Below are positions 38,040-51,582 of a stretch of 64,000 bases of DNA, in pieces. The translations under genes were made by a program, and so were the position numbers. How positions within the stretch are numbered: position 1 is the first letter of the stretch; every line of letters begins with the position of its first letter. The stretch comes from Octopus vulgaris (taxonomy: Eukaryota), in NCBI GenBank assembly GCA_951406725.2, contig OX597830.1:3658001-3722000 (forward strand). The letters run 5' to 3'. The notes beneath the pieces were generated by a model, which saw nothing but the letters and a program-made list of their open reading frames with translations, was not told the origin of the DNA and did not search any database.

Positions 38040-38639
38040 CAGTTTTATGTTAAAAGTGGCCAGATATGGTCTCTAAGCAATTACATCATGGAAATATTCT
38101 AGCTACAAGATAATGCACGATTAATTCAAAATAATGTGAATAAATAAGGATTGTATTTGACAAGAGCAATCTGAATAATGTGGAAGAGTTGAAGAACAGT
38201 CTCCAGACGTTTAGTTAATGAAGAAATTAGTTATATTACTAAATCCCACCAAATTTATGATTATTTTTGAAATTAACTGAAACACATCAGCTGAGGGTTC
38301 CATTAAAATTTTGGTGTCAAAAGTGTTAGAATAGTCAACCATAGTAACTATTTTTTCTATTAACGACTGAGAAAAAGTCATTTTTGTTTAAAACAGAACT
38401 TTGTCTCTTAGAATTACATGATTTGAACTCACAAATTTTGTGAGTTGACAGTTTCCCTAAACATTCTCAGTCTGATTTTAAATTATATATTTCCATAACA
38501 TTTTGACAATTTATCCATTCTTTAAGAGTCGATTTCATTTCATTCCAAAATTTTGTGTTCTTTATTAACAATTTATTATTCATGTGTCATTGATTTTATT
38601 TCCTTTTAGTTTTCCTGAAATTTCTTCATTGCTCTGATA

Positions 38640-38800
38640 TGATGGAATTAAGCTTCATATTGATTGCATTATTTTATTTTTTCTCATCTGATAACATTTA
38701 AATATCTTTTTAAAAATTTCATATTGCAAGTTATTTTATTATTCATTAAATTGTCATCCAGCGATTCTTTAACATCTGGTTTTGTCATGTTGGCATTGGC
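38640..38800 (-). repeat. Arm 1 of a diverged inverted duplication (partner 44263-44417)
   Basis: Reverse complement AACATGACAAAACCAGATGTTAAAGAATCGCTGGATGACAATTTAATGAATAATAAAATAACTT vs AACATGACAAAATCAGATGTTAACGAATCAGTGAATGACAATTTAATGAATAATAAAATAACTT. Confidence 0.85.
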
Positions 38801-39685
38801 TACTTTTAAAATACATACATGCATACCTATACACACACATAATATAAAAGTAAATATACATGTAGCTATATGTATGTGTATATAGACATATATGTACACA
38901 TATATATGTGTGTGTGTGTATGTATATATATATATATATATATATGCATATGTACACATAGATATATGCATGTATAAATATATTTAGAGAGAGAGATTTA
39001 AAGATATGTGTGTGTGTGTGTGTACTTTTGCATGCACACATGCATATTACTACATTTCTTAGATATAACTTTTTAACTTTTTCTTAAAACATACTATTTT
39101 TCCTTAAGCCAAGCACACACCAATATGATTTTTTTTTTACATAATTATAACCAGTATTAAAAAATGAATATACTTAATCAAAACATTACATATTTTACTG
39201 CTATTCTTTTAAATTTTGGCATTATCATCATATAATTTTTAACATTAAATGTATATGCTCATGCAGAGATCTCTGATTACTTCTAACTATTCAAATCTCT
39301 CTGTAAAATAAAATAAATAATTAAATAATTAAATATGCTGATTTGAAATATTTAAGGAAATGAATAACTGCAATTATTGCATAAAATTATTTTGATTGGA
39401 ATTTTAGTTTTTAAAATATTAAAAATGAATTTCTCTTTTCTGTTACATAATGCCACAATTTCTAGATTTGATCTTTTAGTTTAGAATAAGTTTATGCTGG
39501 AAAATGTAATTTTCTAAAGAAGTTTTAATCTTTTTTTTTACTGAACAAAAATAGATTACCTTCAGTATTATGGATTACAGTTAATTCGTTGTATTCACCA
39601 TACATTTTTGTCTTCAATTCTAGATGTATGTATATGTGTGTGTGTATATACATATATATATATATATAGCTCAAAGTAAGGTGAA

Positions 39686-39729
<44 letters not shown>

Positions 39730-39753
39730 CATATATATATTCATATATACATG

Positions 39754-39798
<45 letters not shown>

Positions 39799-41299
39799 GT
39801 AATAAAAACTATTATAAATCTATTATTTTACAGAGAAGAACCTGCATTGCTTTACAAATAACTTTTGCAGTGGTAAAATACTGTAACATTATTGATCTCA
39901 TAAAAAAATTGTAAATTCTTTTTGAAGTTATGGATAAAAAAAAATGTTTTTGCATCATTGAGGAATCTTCCACAGTCAGATATAGTTTAGAGAAACAATA
40001 CTATTATTTTAAGACGCCAAGTGTTTCCTTGCCTTTAAAAAACAGTACACCACATTCCTGCATGTTATAAAAACTGATGAGACAGATTACAAGAGTAAGG
40101 GCATCCAAATGCAGAACAGTGCCTGAGATAAAACGACCAACCCATGCTAGCAGGGTAAAATGGGTGGTGAAGGTAGTGATGATGATGATAACGACAATGA
40201 TGATGTTGGTGATGTTGATCAAGGTGCTGATGATGATTATGACAAGGACAAATATGTTTAAGCTAATTTGAGTATTTGTTGCAAGGAGCCACCATACTAT
40301 TAAACTTTGTTTATGAAAAGATCCATCAGTTATGTATAGATACAGCATACATAATAATCTGGAGTGTTTTACAAAATACAAGATTTGAAATCAAATGTAT
40401 TACTTCGGTCAAACAAACACTGCTTTCAATAAAGAGAAAGGTTCAGCCACAGAGATATGTGGTCTTGTTTCAGTTTGTGAGAGAGTTGTTCTTGTAAAGA
40501 AACATGAAATCATGATTGTGTTTTGAATTGGATAAAAACTGCATCAGCAGCAAGACAGTTGTAGAATAGTTTGATAAGCTCATTAATGAGTGAAGAATCT
40601 AATGTTTTGACCCCTTATATTTTGTCTGAGAATAAAAAAATGAGAGAGAAATTGAGACTGTTTCTTGGGCTGTTAGACTTGGAACAGGTCCCAAAATCAA
40701 GGCATCAACTAACTGAAAGCACAAAATTATTTTTAATCTTTCTGGCAGGTAAAATGCTTACCAGCATTTTGTCTGCCCTTATGTTCTGAGTTGAAATTCC
40801 AGCAAAGTCATCTTTAACTTTTATTCTTTTGAGGTCAGTATAATAGGTACCAGTTAAGCATTGGTGCCTGTGTAGTCAACATTAACCTTCAACCAACATT
40901 GCTGGCCTTGTACTAAAGTATGAAACCAATATTTAAAAAATAAAAGACCAAATTCCATTCCTCAGCGCCAAACAAAATAATTCTATTTGTAGTAATTGCT
41001 GTCATTTATTTCTTTACATTTTTCAAATTAGTATATTTATCTAATTTTCTTTATTGAGATTTTAATGCTTGAAAGTAACCGTAAATTTCTCTGTTAATGT
41101 TAAAGTTTATGCTAATGTTAATGTGGAAACCTCAAATAATATCAATAATATACATAATGTCTCATTTAAGTATCATTATACTTTGATATTGCTTATATTT
41201 ATATGAACAAAAAAGATGTTTACATTGTTATATTTAGTTTAAGGTAGATGGAATACGACTTTTAGAGACCCAGATTTACTTAGAAACAATATCAATATA

Positions 41300-41334
41300 C
41301 ATACGCACACACACACATACATAAATATATATAT

Positions 41335-41365
<31 letters not shown>

Positions 41366-41383
41366 CACACACATATACATATG

Positions 41384-41421
<38 letters not shown>

Positions 41422-41431
41422 TATACATATG

Positions 41432-41502
<71 letters not shown>

Positions 41503-41505
41503 CAT

Positions 41506-41554
<49 letters not shown>

Positions 41555-41885
41555 CGTGTGTGTGTGTGTGTATATATATATACATACACACATATACATA
41601 TGTCCTTACCTTTGAAACACGGAGTGGATGAAACAGGGACAACTGATGAAGGAGAATATTCTTTATGTTGCCTGTCTTGTTCCTGTTTTTTCATTGTTCG
41701 AAAAAAGTTCGTTTTCTATGTTTTTGTTTTTGTTTTCATTTCTAATTGTGCTCAACGTTTTTTGATGTCCTCTACCCATATATGCATGTATATATACATA
41801 TATATGTAGGTATGTACATATATGTATGTATATATGCATGTATTTATATATTATCTATATTATATATATATGTATGTGGGTATAC

Positions 41886-41916
<31 letters not shown>

Positions 41917-41930
41917 CATACACATGTATG
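41300..41930. repeat. Compound (TA)/(CA)/(TG) microsatellite field with an embedded short repeat (41620-41800)
   Basis: Directly visible. Confidence 0.9.
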
Positions 41931-42558
41931 TCAACCGCATCATCATTGTTTTAATCTCCACTTTACTAAACTGCGAATGAGTCAGAGGGAATCTGTTGAG
42001 GCAGATTTCTAAAGCTAAATGCTCTTCCTGTTGCCAAATATCACCTGTTTCCAAGTAAAGCAATATCAGCCAATGAAAAGACATCTTTCCACAGAATATT
42101 GGAAGCAAAGGACAGCATTTGCATACTGGTAACACTTGTTAACAAGTGTTATTTAATGTGAAAGCAAGGAGACAGTAACACACACATACACATACCTACG
42201 TATATGAAGGCTTCTTTCAGTTTTTGATACTAAATCTACTCACAAGTCTTTGGTCAGCCCCAGGGCTATAGTGGAAGTGACCTGCCCAAGTTGATACTCG
42301 GTGCAGCTGAACCTGAAACCATGTGGTTGGGAAACAAACTTCTTATCACTGAGCCGCATCTGTTCCTATATATATATATATAAATATATGTATGTATATA
42401 TATGTATGATATATAAATTAGAGACAAAAACCCACTATTATGCAATTCAAACAATGATAGACATAAACCAAATCATAAATAAAAAATAAAATATATTTTT
42501 ATAAAACATATAACTAGGTCACAAAAAGTATAAAAATGAATAATCAATATATAATAAG

Positions 42559-42604
<46 letters not shown>

Positions 42605-43393
42605 TACGGTGAATAAACTGTCACCTAAATTATGCAAAAATGAAAATAACACTAACATCTCATTTTAACAGAAATAGTTACCAAAATTACATAAAATTGC
42701 CATTGGCTTCAACCACGGCCTCCAGACAACTTTAAATCTCCTGCAACTCTTCTGGGTGGCCTCCTCGTTTAAGTAGGTGAATGCTGCCATAACCCTCGTC
42801 TTCAGTTCATGTTTGGTGTTACAAAGAGTTTTGTTGGTCTCTCACTCAACTGCATGCTACACATAATCATCAAAGAGATTGCACTCTGGGGAGTTAGGTG
42901 ACCAGATGTTAGGGGTCATGGGGTCACAGAAATTGTCTGACAGCCATGACTGGGTTCTCCTGCTTGTGTGGTTTGGTGCAGAATCCTTTTGCCAGATATA
43001 GGGTCTTCCAGCAGCCACCCTCTTCATCCAGAGCAGCACTACCTCCTCTAGGTATTTGATGTAGGCTTCCATGTTGAGTCTGAGGCCATGTGGGAAGATG
43101 AATGAAGGCACAACGTCACCATCACTAGTGATCACTCGAAACAACATGATGTTGACTGGGTGTTTGATTTTTATCACTCTTGGTACATGTCCTCAGATTG
43201 ACACCCAAATATTCTGAAATGTTTATACTGGAGCTTCCAGCATGGATGCCAAGCTGTACAGTATGTCGTTTCCAAATTTCTGGCTGAGTGAATTGTGTCA
43301 TGTTGGGTTTTTTTTTTCACAGAATCAAAAACAAACAAGGCACATGCATGAAATTAAAAATATAAAATGACGACAATTTACCCATCGCACCTT
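42605..43393 (-). mobile_element. Tc1/mariner maT-type (DD37D) transposon, internally deleted
   Basis: ORF 42857-43177: WQKDSAPNHT...WSPNSPECNLFD with 37 residues between the last two Asp; degenerate TIRs. Confidence 0.8.
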
Positions 43394-43397
43394 GTTT

Positions 43398-44131
43398 ATC
43401 ATCATCATTATTGTTTAACGTCCGATTTCCATGCTAGCACGGTTCAACTGGGGTCTGGAAAGCCCGAAGATTGCACCAGGCCAGTCAGATCTGGCAGTGT
43501 TTCTACAGCTGGATGCCCTTCCTAACGCCAACCACTCCGTGAGTGTAGTGGGTGCTTTTTATGTGCAACCGGCACAGGTGCCAGACGAGGCTGGCAAACA
43601 GCCATGCTCGGATGGTGTTTTTTATGTGCCACGGACACAGGTGCCAGACGAGACTGGCGAACAGCCATGCTAGGATGGTGTTTTTTTACATGCCACCGGC
43701 ACGGAGGCCAGGCGAGGCTGGCATGGCCACGATCGGATGGCGTTTGTTACATGCCACCAGCACAGAGACCAGTCGATGCAGTACTCGCTATGGCCACGTT
43801 CGGATGGTTTTCTTATGTGCCACCGGCACTGGTACCACAAAACTACAAATTCCATTGATGTTCATCGATTTTGATTTGATTTGATTTGATTTTTACTTGC
43901 CTCAACAGGTTTTCACAAGTACAGTTATGTGTCCAAAGAAGGAAGGTATGCACAGGTGAACTGACTACATCCCAGGTAGGGGCCATGGGTTATGGCCTCA
44001 CATGTCTTGCTGGGTCTTCTCTCGTGCAGCATACTTCCAAAGGTCTCGGTCTCTGGTCATTTCCTCGGTGAGACCTAAAGCGCGAAGGTCGTTCTTCACC
44101 ACCTCGTCCCAGGTTTTCCTGGGTCTACCTC
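43398..44131 (-). mobile_element. RTE 3' fragment, same subfamily as 24628 (5 UTR units)
   Basis: Shares the diagnostic ACCACAAAACTACAAATTCCATTGATG with 25458. Confidence 0.88.
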
Positions 44132-44262
44132 TTTATATATATATATATATCTGTGTGCGTGCATGTGTGCCCACTCATACACTTACAAATATATACATAT
44201 ATACATTTACCTATATTTATATACATACTCACCCACATATACACTATATTATTAAGAATTAA

Positions 44263-44417
44263 CCAGTGATAACATGACAAAATCAGATGTTAACGAATCA
44301 GTGAATGACAATTTAATGAATAATAAAATAACTTTTGTGATATGAAATTAAAAGAAAAATTATATAAAATATTATCTGAAGGAAAAAATACAATCAATAT
44401 GAAATTTAATTCCATCA
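44263..44417 (+). repeat. Arm 2 of the diverged inverted duplication (partner 38640-38800)
   Basis: See 38640-38800. Confidence 0.85.
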
Positions 44418-47162
44418 CAACTATATTAATTAGCCATTTCTCAAAAAAAAAAAAAAAAGAAACAGAAATTTCTATAATAATAAAATGAAAATTCCGAATG
44501 AGTTGCAAGTTATATTTTGCAATAAAGATATACCAGATTGGCACAAGGAGGCCATATATTTGATTGCCTCAACACTAGGCTATCAGACATATCTATTTTA
44601 TTGATTGCAATGAAATGAAATGTAAAAATCAAGCCTGGGAAAACTTATGCTTGAAATGCAGAAGAATGTAACGAAATACTGTAAGGTACATTGTGGGCAT
44701 ATGTATGGCTTCTGCCTGTAAACTATATTTAAATAAAGTATATTTATTAACAATTAACTTGATGTCAATAAGAATTCTTCTGCTATGACAGCATAAAAAA
44801 TAATTGCAACATCAACCAAAATCAAGTCTCTGGCTGTTGAATATTTGAGATGAGATATTTCAACAGCTATTTCATAGCTTCAGGCTTTCAAATCAAACCT
44901 AATTTAGGGAGAATATAAATGATAACTAGCAAAAATTGAAATCAATTTTATGTGAATTATTTAGTTTCTGATCATTTTTCAGAGTATAAACACCTATCAA
45001 TTTATGAAGAATGAAAATACATTTCCATGTGTAATTCTTGTTCTTCCTACACATCCATATTTAAAAGTGAAAGTGCATTTAAGTTTGTCACAGACACAGC
45101 CAAAAATAAGTTTGTGACCAATGTAAAATAACCAGTAAGGACATTATTTCCTATAGTGTGCCCCCAACTGAATTATAATTTAGAATAGAATAATAAAAGT
45201 TGCATTCATTCTGCATCAAAACAGCTAAGTAGATATTAAAATGGTAGGAAGTAATACATTAAATTTGTTCGTAAAACTTGATGTGTGTAATACATAAAAT
45301 ATGAAGCTAAGAAGTAATTTGATTTTTTTATGGGTTAAAAAGTGCTTTTAGAGATCGATGCCACCCAGTCCTCTTCCTTTTTTCGTTTTTTTTTTTATTC
45401 AATGTGTAAAATAACTTTGTATTATTTGCCTGGTCTGTAGATGATGCTTGTGTTCAAGTTTACATGACATAGACACTGAAAACTTGTCACAGAAAACTGC
45501 TTAAATTTGTATGGTGTATAAATTTAAGCCATAAGCACACCTGAAAAATGTACTGGGTAAATGCTGAACCATTTTATTATCAGATTCCTGGCTTTGAATG
45601 AGCAGGATGTCATGCAGAGGATTTTGAATACAAGACAATGGTTGAGACCTTAATATTCCTAGTTAGGACCATATGGAGCAGTGCCCTGTGACTCCTATTG
45701 TATGCCCAACCAAAACCCCTATAAAGGTGTGTCCTATGGGATGACTTAGATGAGATGAGATTTTATTATCAGATTTCTTTTGAAATATTTTGCTTTTGTT
45801 TCAGTTGATTTTGAAAATGTTGAATTATTTTAGTAAAATAAATTTGTGGTTATTTAACTGATGCTTGGAATTTAAATTAGCATGTGAAATTTTATGGAAG
45901 TCTTTAATTTAAATCATTTTAAAAGAGACAATTTGTATCTTAAAACTAGTTGTAGTCCCAGGTGGGTAAATATCAAAAGGGTAGGTGTTTATCTCACTTG
46001 AACTTGTATTAGATGAATGCTTAAACTTGTACTAGTTTATAAATTTAGGAATTTATCTTCCCTAAACTTGTCCAATAGCCTGATAAGTTCAGAGAAGCAG
46101 CCCTATTTGCAAGTTTAAGGAAAACAAATTGAAGAATTATCTAAACCAATGACAGAAATGACTTCTGAAAACCAAGGAGTATGCTAAAGTACATGAGGTA
46201 TGACTGTTAGACATTATACGCTTCTTACAATGTGCTGAAACAGAGAGGTGGGGTGGGGGACACTGTGTGTCACTGACCTAAACCAATGGAACCTTGGACT
46301 GTACAATTATCCTACATGGTAACATGAACAAGTGTATTCTGTCATTGCATCAGGTTGACCAAAGTCATCTGGAAGAAATTTTGTAGAGAAAAACTGCAGA
46401 AATCTCTCAAGTGAAACATTCCACTTTCTGGGGAGGAAGACTTAATTCTTTGCTCAATTTAACACACCCTGCTGGTCCCTCTTTGGTACCTTTCGCAGAA
46501 AATATCCTTTGGTCAAAGAATTATTTTTTACTTATTCCAGTCTTGGAACTCACGAAGACAGTCTTTGGCACTACCCTCCCCACTCTTTGTTGAAAACATA
46601 AAACTATTTAAACCTCAAATATACGATTATTGTTCATGAACCTTAGATTGTTTTTATTGATTTGATAGAATTGAAATATTTCCACCACTAGGTGGTCTTG
46701 ATATCCAAATCTCTTGGTTGTTTCTTATAATTCATAAGATGTAAATTAATATACACTAGTAGAACCCATGGAAATTCCACAGAATGGAAAAAATTAAGAG
46801 GTCCTATTTAAGGAAGAAAGGATGATTTGTATTTTTAGAGCCTTCATAGTTTAGCTTCCTTTAAATATTCTTGATGTTCATCTACATTCATTTCCTCACA
46901 TCTCCTTTGGTAATGTCTTTCTCCTCTTTTAATTATATCTTTTTGCTGTTCCTCTCTCACCTGTGCTCTCTATCTGCACATCCTTTCTCAGGCAGCTTGC
47001 ATCTGTGTTTCTTGTGAATCCAGAGTTTAGGCGAAATTAACCCTTATAAACAGATATCAATTATCAACAAATATCAAACCAAGCAGATGACAAAGAATTA
47101 CACTTATGTGTATGCCATGGTTACTATAAAAAAATGATTTCAATAGAAAAATATACTATATA

Positions 47163-47555
47163 GGCACAGGAGTGGCTGTGTGGTAAGTAGCTTGCTTACC
47201 AACCACATGGTTCTGGGTTCAGTCCCACTGCGTGGCACCTTGCGCAATTGTCTTCTACTATAGCCTCAGGCTGACCAAAGCCTTGTTAGTGGATTTGGTA
47301 GACAGAAACTGAAAGAAGCTCATCGTATATGTGTATATGTATATATATGTGTGTGCATGTGTTTGTGTGTCTGTGTTTGTCCCTCAACATCGCTTGACAA
47401 CCGATGTTGGTGTGTTTGCTTCCCCATAACTTAGCGGTTCAGCAAAAGAGACTGATAGATTAAGTACTAGGCTTACAAAGAATAAGTCCTGGTGTCGATT
47501 TGCTCGACTAAAGACGGCATGGCTGCAGTCACATGACTGAAACAAGTAAAAGAGT
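47163..47555 (+). mobile_element. SINE family A
   Basis: Near-identical to 10126-10552. Confidence 0.88.
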
Positions 47556-49928
47556 ATTCAATAGCAACACACCACCACTACTGTTATCTGCCAACCCCCT
47601 CACTCAATATAACTGCCTCCCCTCTCCATCTCTCTCTGCCTTTCCTTCTTCAGCTAACTTTTTAACTACATAGTAAGTATTCCTTCCCACCCCCACCACA
47701 CGTCCTTAACACTTCTCTTTCCCTCTTTTTCTCTTCTTCTTTGCCATTTGGTCTTTGTATTAATATTAATCACCTGTTTCTACTTCTTCTCTTCTTTCTT
47801 CACTCCTCCCTCTCTGCCTCTCTCTCTCTCTCACTCTTACTCCATCTCTCTAACTAACCAATGTATAACAGGCGAACAAACATGCAGATATTTATATAGA
47901 TCGTTGAAGAATAGAAAGGAAATAAAGACAAAAACAAAACCCCTTCTATTGGATATGAGATAGGACTGCATTACATCTGGTTTTCTATTTTTACATGACT
48001 GTTATTGCTCTTACCCCTGAATACCATTCCAACCAATCAACCATGACAATAACTGTCTGACAATGAACAAGGGAAATTGTTTATTATCAGACAGGTATGC
48101 TACTATTTGAACTTGTACCTGACTGATGAGCAAACTCATTAGCATGTTGAACAAAATTTCTGCTGGTTATATCACTTTATATTCTGAATTCAAATCCTAT
48201 TGAGATGGACTGTTTCCCTTTAATCCTCCCAAAGCTTATCCTACCAGACTTGTATATCCTTGTTATACAAGGAATTTTCAACCATGACAATCTGCCAAAT
48301 TACCAATACAATATGAATGGAGAAACCTATTCTTAAACCAACTCAGGCTAAAAATAAATCAGCCAATCAGAACAAAGATTTCTCCTCAAAGAAGTGTTAA
48401 TTTGTTTACAAAATGTCTACTCAGTGTTCTTTAGAAAATTTTTTCTGATTTTTTTTTGTTTACTATGAAGCTAAGATCACTTGAGTGGGCCTCATCTGGA
48501 ATGACAAGGCAAGGTCATAAAATATTCAAAGCTTCAGGAACCAAGAATTTGATCAAATATAATCCCAAATAAAATTTAGGATTAGTTGATGAGAATATAG
48601 AAGCTTGCAGCTGATGACAAAACAGATGGAGATGTTTGTATTTCACAAAATGGAAGTGAATTAACCTCTATAAAATGTAGACCGGTAGCACACCAAAGTG
48701 CAAGACTGGAATTACATTGAAGACCTGTAAATTTTCAGGAAGGTCCTAAGTTTTCAAAAGTGCTTTCAAAAGATCTCTTTCTGTGCATTGAAAGGAATTT
48801 AAAGAGAACTAATTGTGGGGGGATCAGGGTCCAGGCATGAGTTATGTACCCTTAACCAGGGCTAACAGAGTTAATACCACAAGATCTAGTACTATTCAAT
48901 GTATGAATGGGTATTTGCTAGAGATCATCTTTTCAATTTATGACTAAATGAATTCTGCTGAGATGACCAATATCTTAATAAGTACTTAAATCAATGCTTC
49001 CTATTTTAGATTAGATATTCGACAAATTTAATCTACCCCTCCCCCTCCGCCCATCTCCCCATATTAGCTGGTTGTAAAGTTTGCTCCTCCCTTTTTCCCA
49101 TTTCGCTAAACCTCTTCTACAACTTTATTCATATTCTGTTTGGTGTTTTCTAACCTCTCTCACTTATTAATATCATTTTCTCTCCATAGAATGTAAGCTT
49201 ATGGACAGCTTAGGAAGAAATGATAGTTTAACAAACAAAGAACTCATTTACAACTCCTGTTGAGTATCTTACTGTAGTCTTAGGATATTCCCGTTTGATT
49301 TTCTCAGAGAATTCTGTCTGTGAGCATTGAATATCGTTTATAATGACCAATGATAGAAGCTATTCAACCACTCTGCAATCTATGAAATATTCTAAATCTG
49401 TTCAAAATAATATGATTTATTTCATATAAATGAAAGAGTGAAATGCGTAACTATTGATTTGAAAATGCTTTGCATTCTCTAAAGTAGCCATGGCTCGGTT
49501 AAGTAGTAACTATTTAAAAACAGTTTCTTCTTGCCAAGAAAACCATTTCTGTTATAAAACAATAAATTTTGTATGAAAACTGAGATGCAGCCAGAAGTGG
49601 TGGCAGCAAAATTAGATTGTGAAATTGAAATCAATTCTTCTCCACTTGTCATCATTAAACATCGCCATCCCACAAATCTATATTAAATGTTATTCACATA
49701 TTTCCAACATTTTTCTCTGGTCTAATAATGATCTTACGGCAAAGCCCTTCAACATGAAAATGGTTTTTGGGATTTGGGTTTTTTGTGAAAATGTTCCATC
49801 CCATTTGCCTTTCTTCTTAAGATGTTAATTTAATTCTACAGAAAATGGTTTAGAAGGAGAAGTCAGTTAGAAATGTAATATCAATGAGTTTTCACTTCTG
49901 AGCTTTACCAAAAATATTGTAGAGGAAT

Positions 49929-50114
49929 TCTGTTGTGTCTGGGGAGAGTCATTTTCTTTTAGTGCCTTATAATATAACACACTCACCGGTAAAATTTCCA
50001 CTATTTTCTTATTTTTATTTTCCTAAAATTTTCGTTGCGTTTTGCAACCTTTTCAATAGTTTTGATTCAACACACAAACTCATATAAAGAATCTTGCAAA
50101 CCAAATCCAAATAC
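49929..50114 (-). mobile_element. Short element between 18-bp direct repeats, carrying a hammerhead-shaped variant
   Basis: AAAATATTGTAGAGGAAT at 49911-49928 and 50115-50132. Minus strand 50023-50059 reads CTA-TTGAAAA-G-GTTGC-AAAAC-GCAAC-GAAA-ATTT-TAG. Confidence 0.55.
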
Positions 50115-50289
50115 AAAATATTGTAGAGGAATAATAATCATAAAAAAATTGAAAACCAGTCATAGTTTAAATCTAGCAGCAATTAAAATAATAAGGATGG
50201 AGCCTCCCATTGAAGACAACATGTAAGTATTCAACTTTTGATGAACGACCAGCACAAATGGTTTGTTTCTAGTGATCAAATGTATTTTC

Positions 50290-50472
50290 TGTACATTAGC
50301 TCACTGCTGGAATCGGTGCACAGTGTGCCACGTGTCAAGTGTTGAAGTGATTGCAGAGCAATGTGACATGAAGTGTTCTGCTCAAGAACACAATTCACCG
50401 CCCGGTCTAGGAATTGAAACCATGATCTCACATTTGTGAGTGCTACTCTCTAACCACTAGGCCATGTGCCCC
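50290..50472 (-). mobile_element. tRNA-derived SINE family C
   Basis: Reverse complement GGCACATGGCCTAGTGGTTAGAG...GGTTTCAATTCC...TCTTGAGCAGAACACTT; related copy at 58845-59420. Confidence 0.65.
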
Positions 50473-50502
50473 CTAACAACAACAACAGCAACAACAATAA
50501 TA

Positions 50503-51134
50503 ATCCTTTCAGTTATAGGCACAAAGAATGAATTGTTGAGGGAAGGGACTTGTTGATTAAATGAACCCCAGTGCTCAACACCTGGCATTTATTTTATCAA
50601 CCCCAAAAGGATGAAAAGCAAAGCTAACCTCACTGAAATTTGAACTCAGAACTTAAAGAGCTGGAAGAAATGTCCCTAAGCATCTGATCTGATGTGCTAA
50701 GAATCCTGCCAGCACCCACCCCCCCTTGTTGTTTCTATTAGAGGCAGAAGGCCTAAAATTTAGAAGGAGCAGGGGTGGTGGCTATTCAAGTATATCAATC
50801 CCAGCACTGAACAGGTACTTATTCATTCAACCCTGAAAGGATGAGAAAGACAAAGCTGACTGCAATAGGGTTTGAAATCAGAACATAAGGGTTTGGAAGG
50901 AATCATGCCAAGTATTTTGTCTGATGCTCTGACAATACTGTCAGCTTGCATAATAATAATAAAAATAATAAGGCATATCCAGAATAATTAGGAAGGTATT
51001 GGATAGTTGAAAAGAACAGATAGTATGGTACCATGGGCTGCTGGTAGCAAGCCCATTACACATGCAAGTTTCCAGGAGCTCCAACAAAACCTGAGTTAGA
51101 AATAATAATAATGATGATGATAATAATAATAATG

Positions 51135-51170
<36 letters not shown>

Positions 51171-51543
51171 GTAATAATAATAATAATAATAATAATAGTA
51201 ATAATAATAATAATAGTAATATTAATAATAATAATAGTAATAATAATAATAATAATAGTAATAATAATAATAATAGTAATAATAATAGTGATAATAATTT
51301 GGGAACAGTATCAGAAGGCATCAAGAAGAATATAAAGGAAATTGGAATAGAGTGCCAAGTAGAACTGTTACAAAAGGTTTGCCTCTTTGGCACGGCCAGA
51401 ATAATCAAGAAAGTATTAGAGAACTGAAAAGGATGGATAGCATGGTATCATAGGCTGCAAGACTCCAGGAGCTGCAATAAAAACCTGTGATAAAAAGAAA
51501 TAATAATAATAATAATAAACTAATAATAATAATGATAATAATG

Positions 51544-51582
<39 letters not shown>

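Noticed and set aside
41276-42135. YIYI/THTH/CVCV ORFs here and throughout the window
   Set aside because: Dinucleotide microsatellite artefacts.
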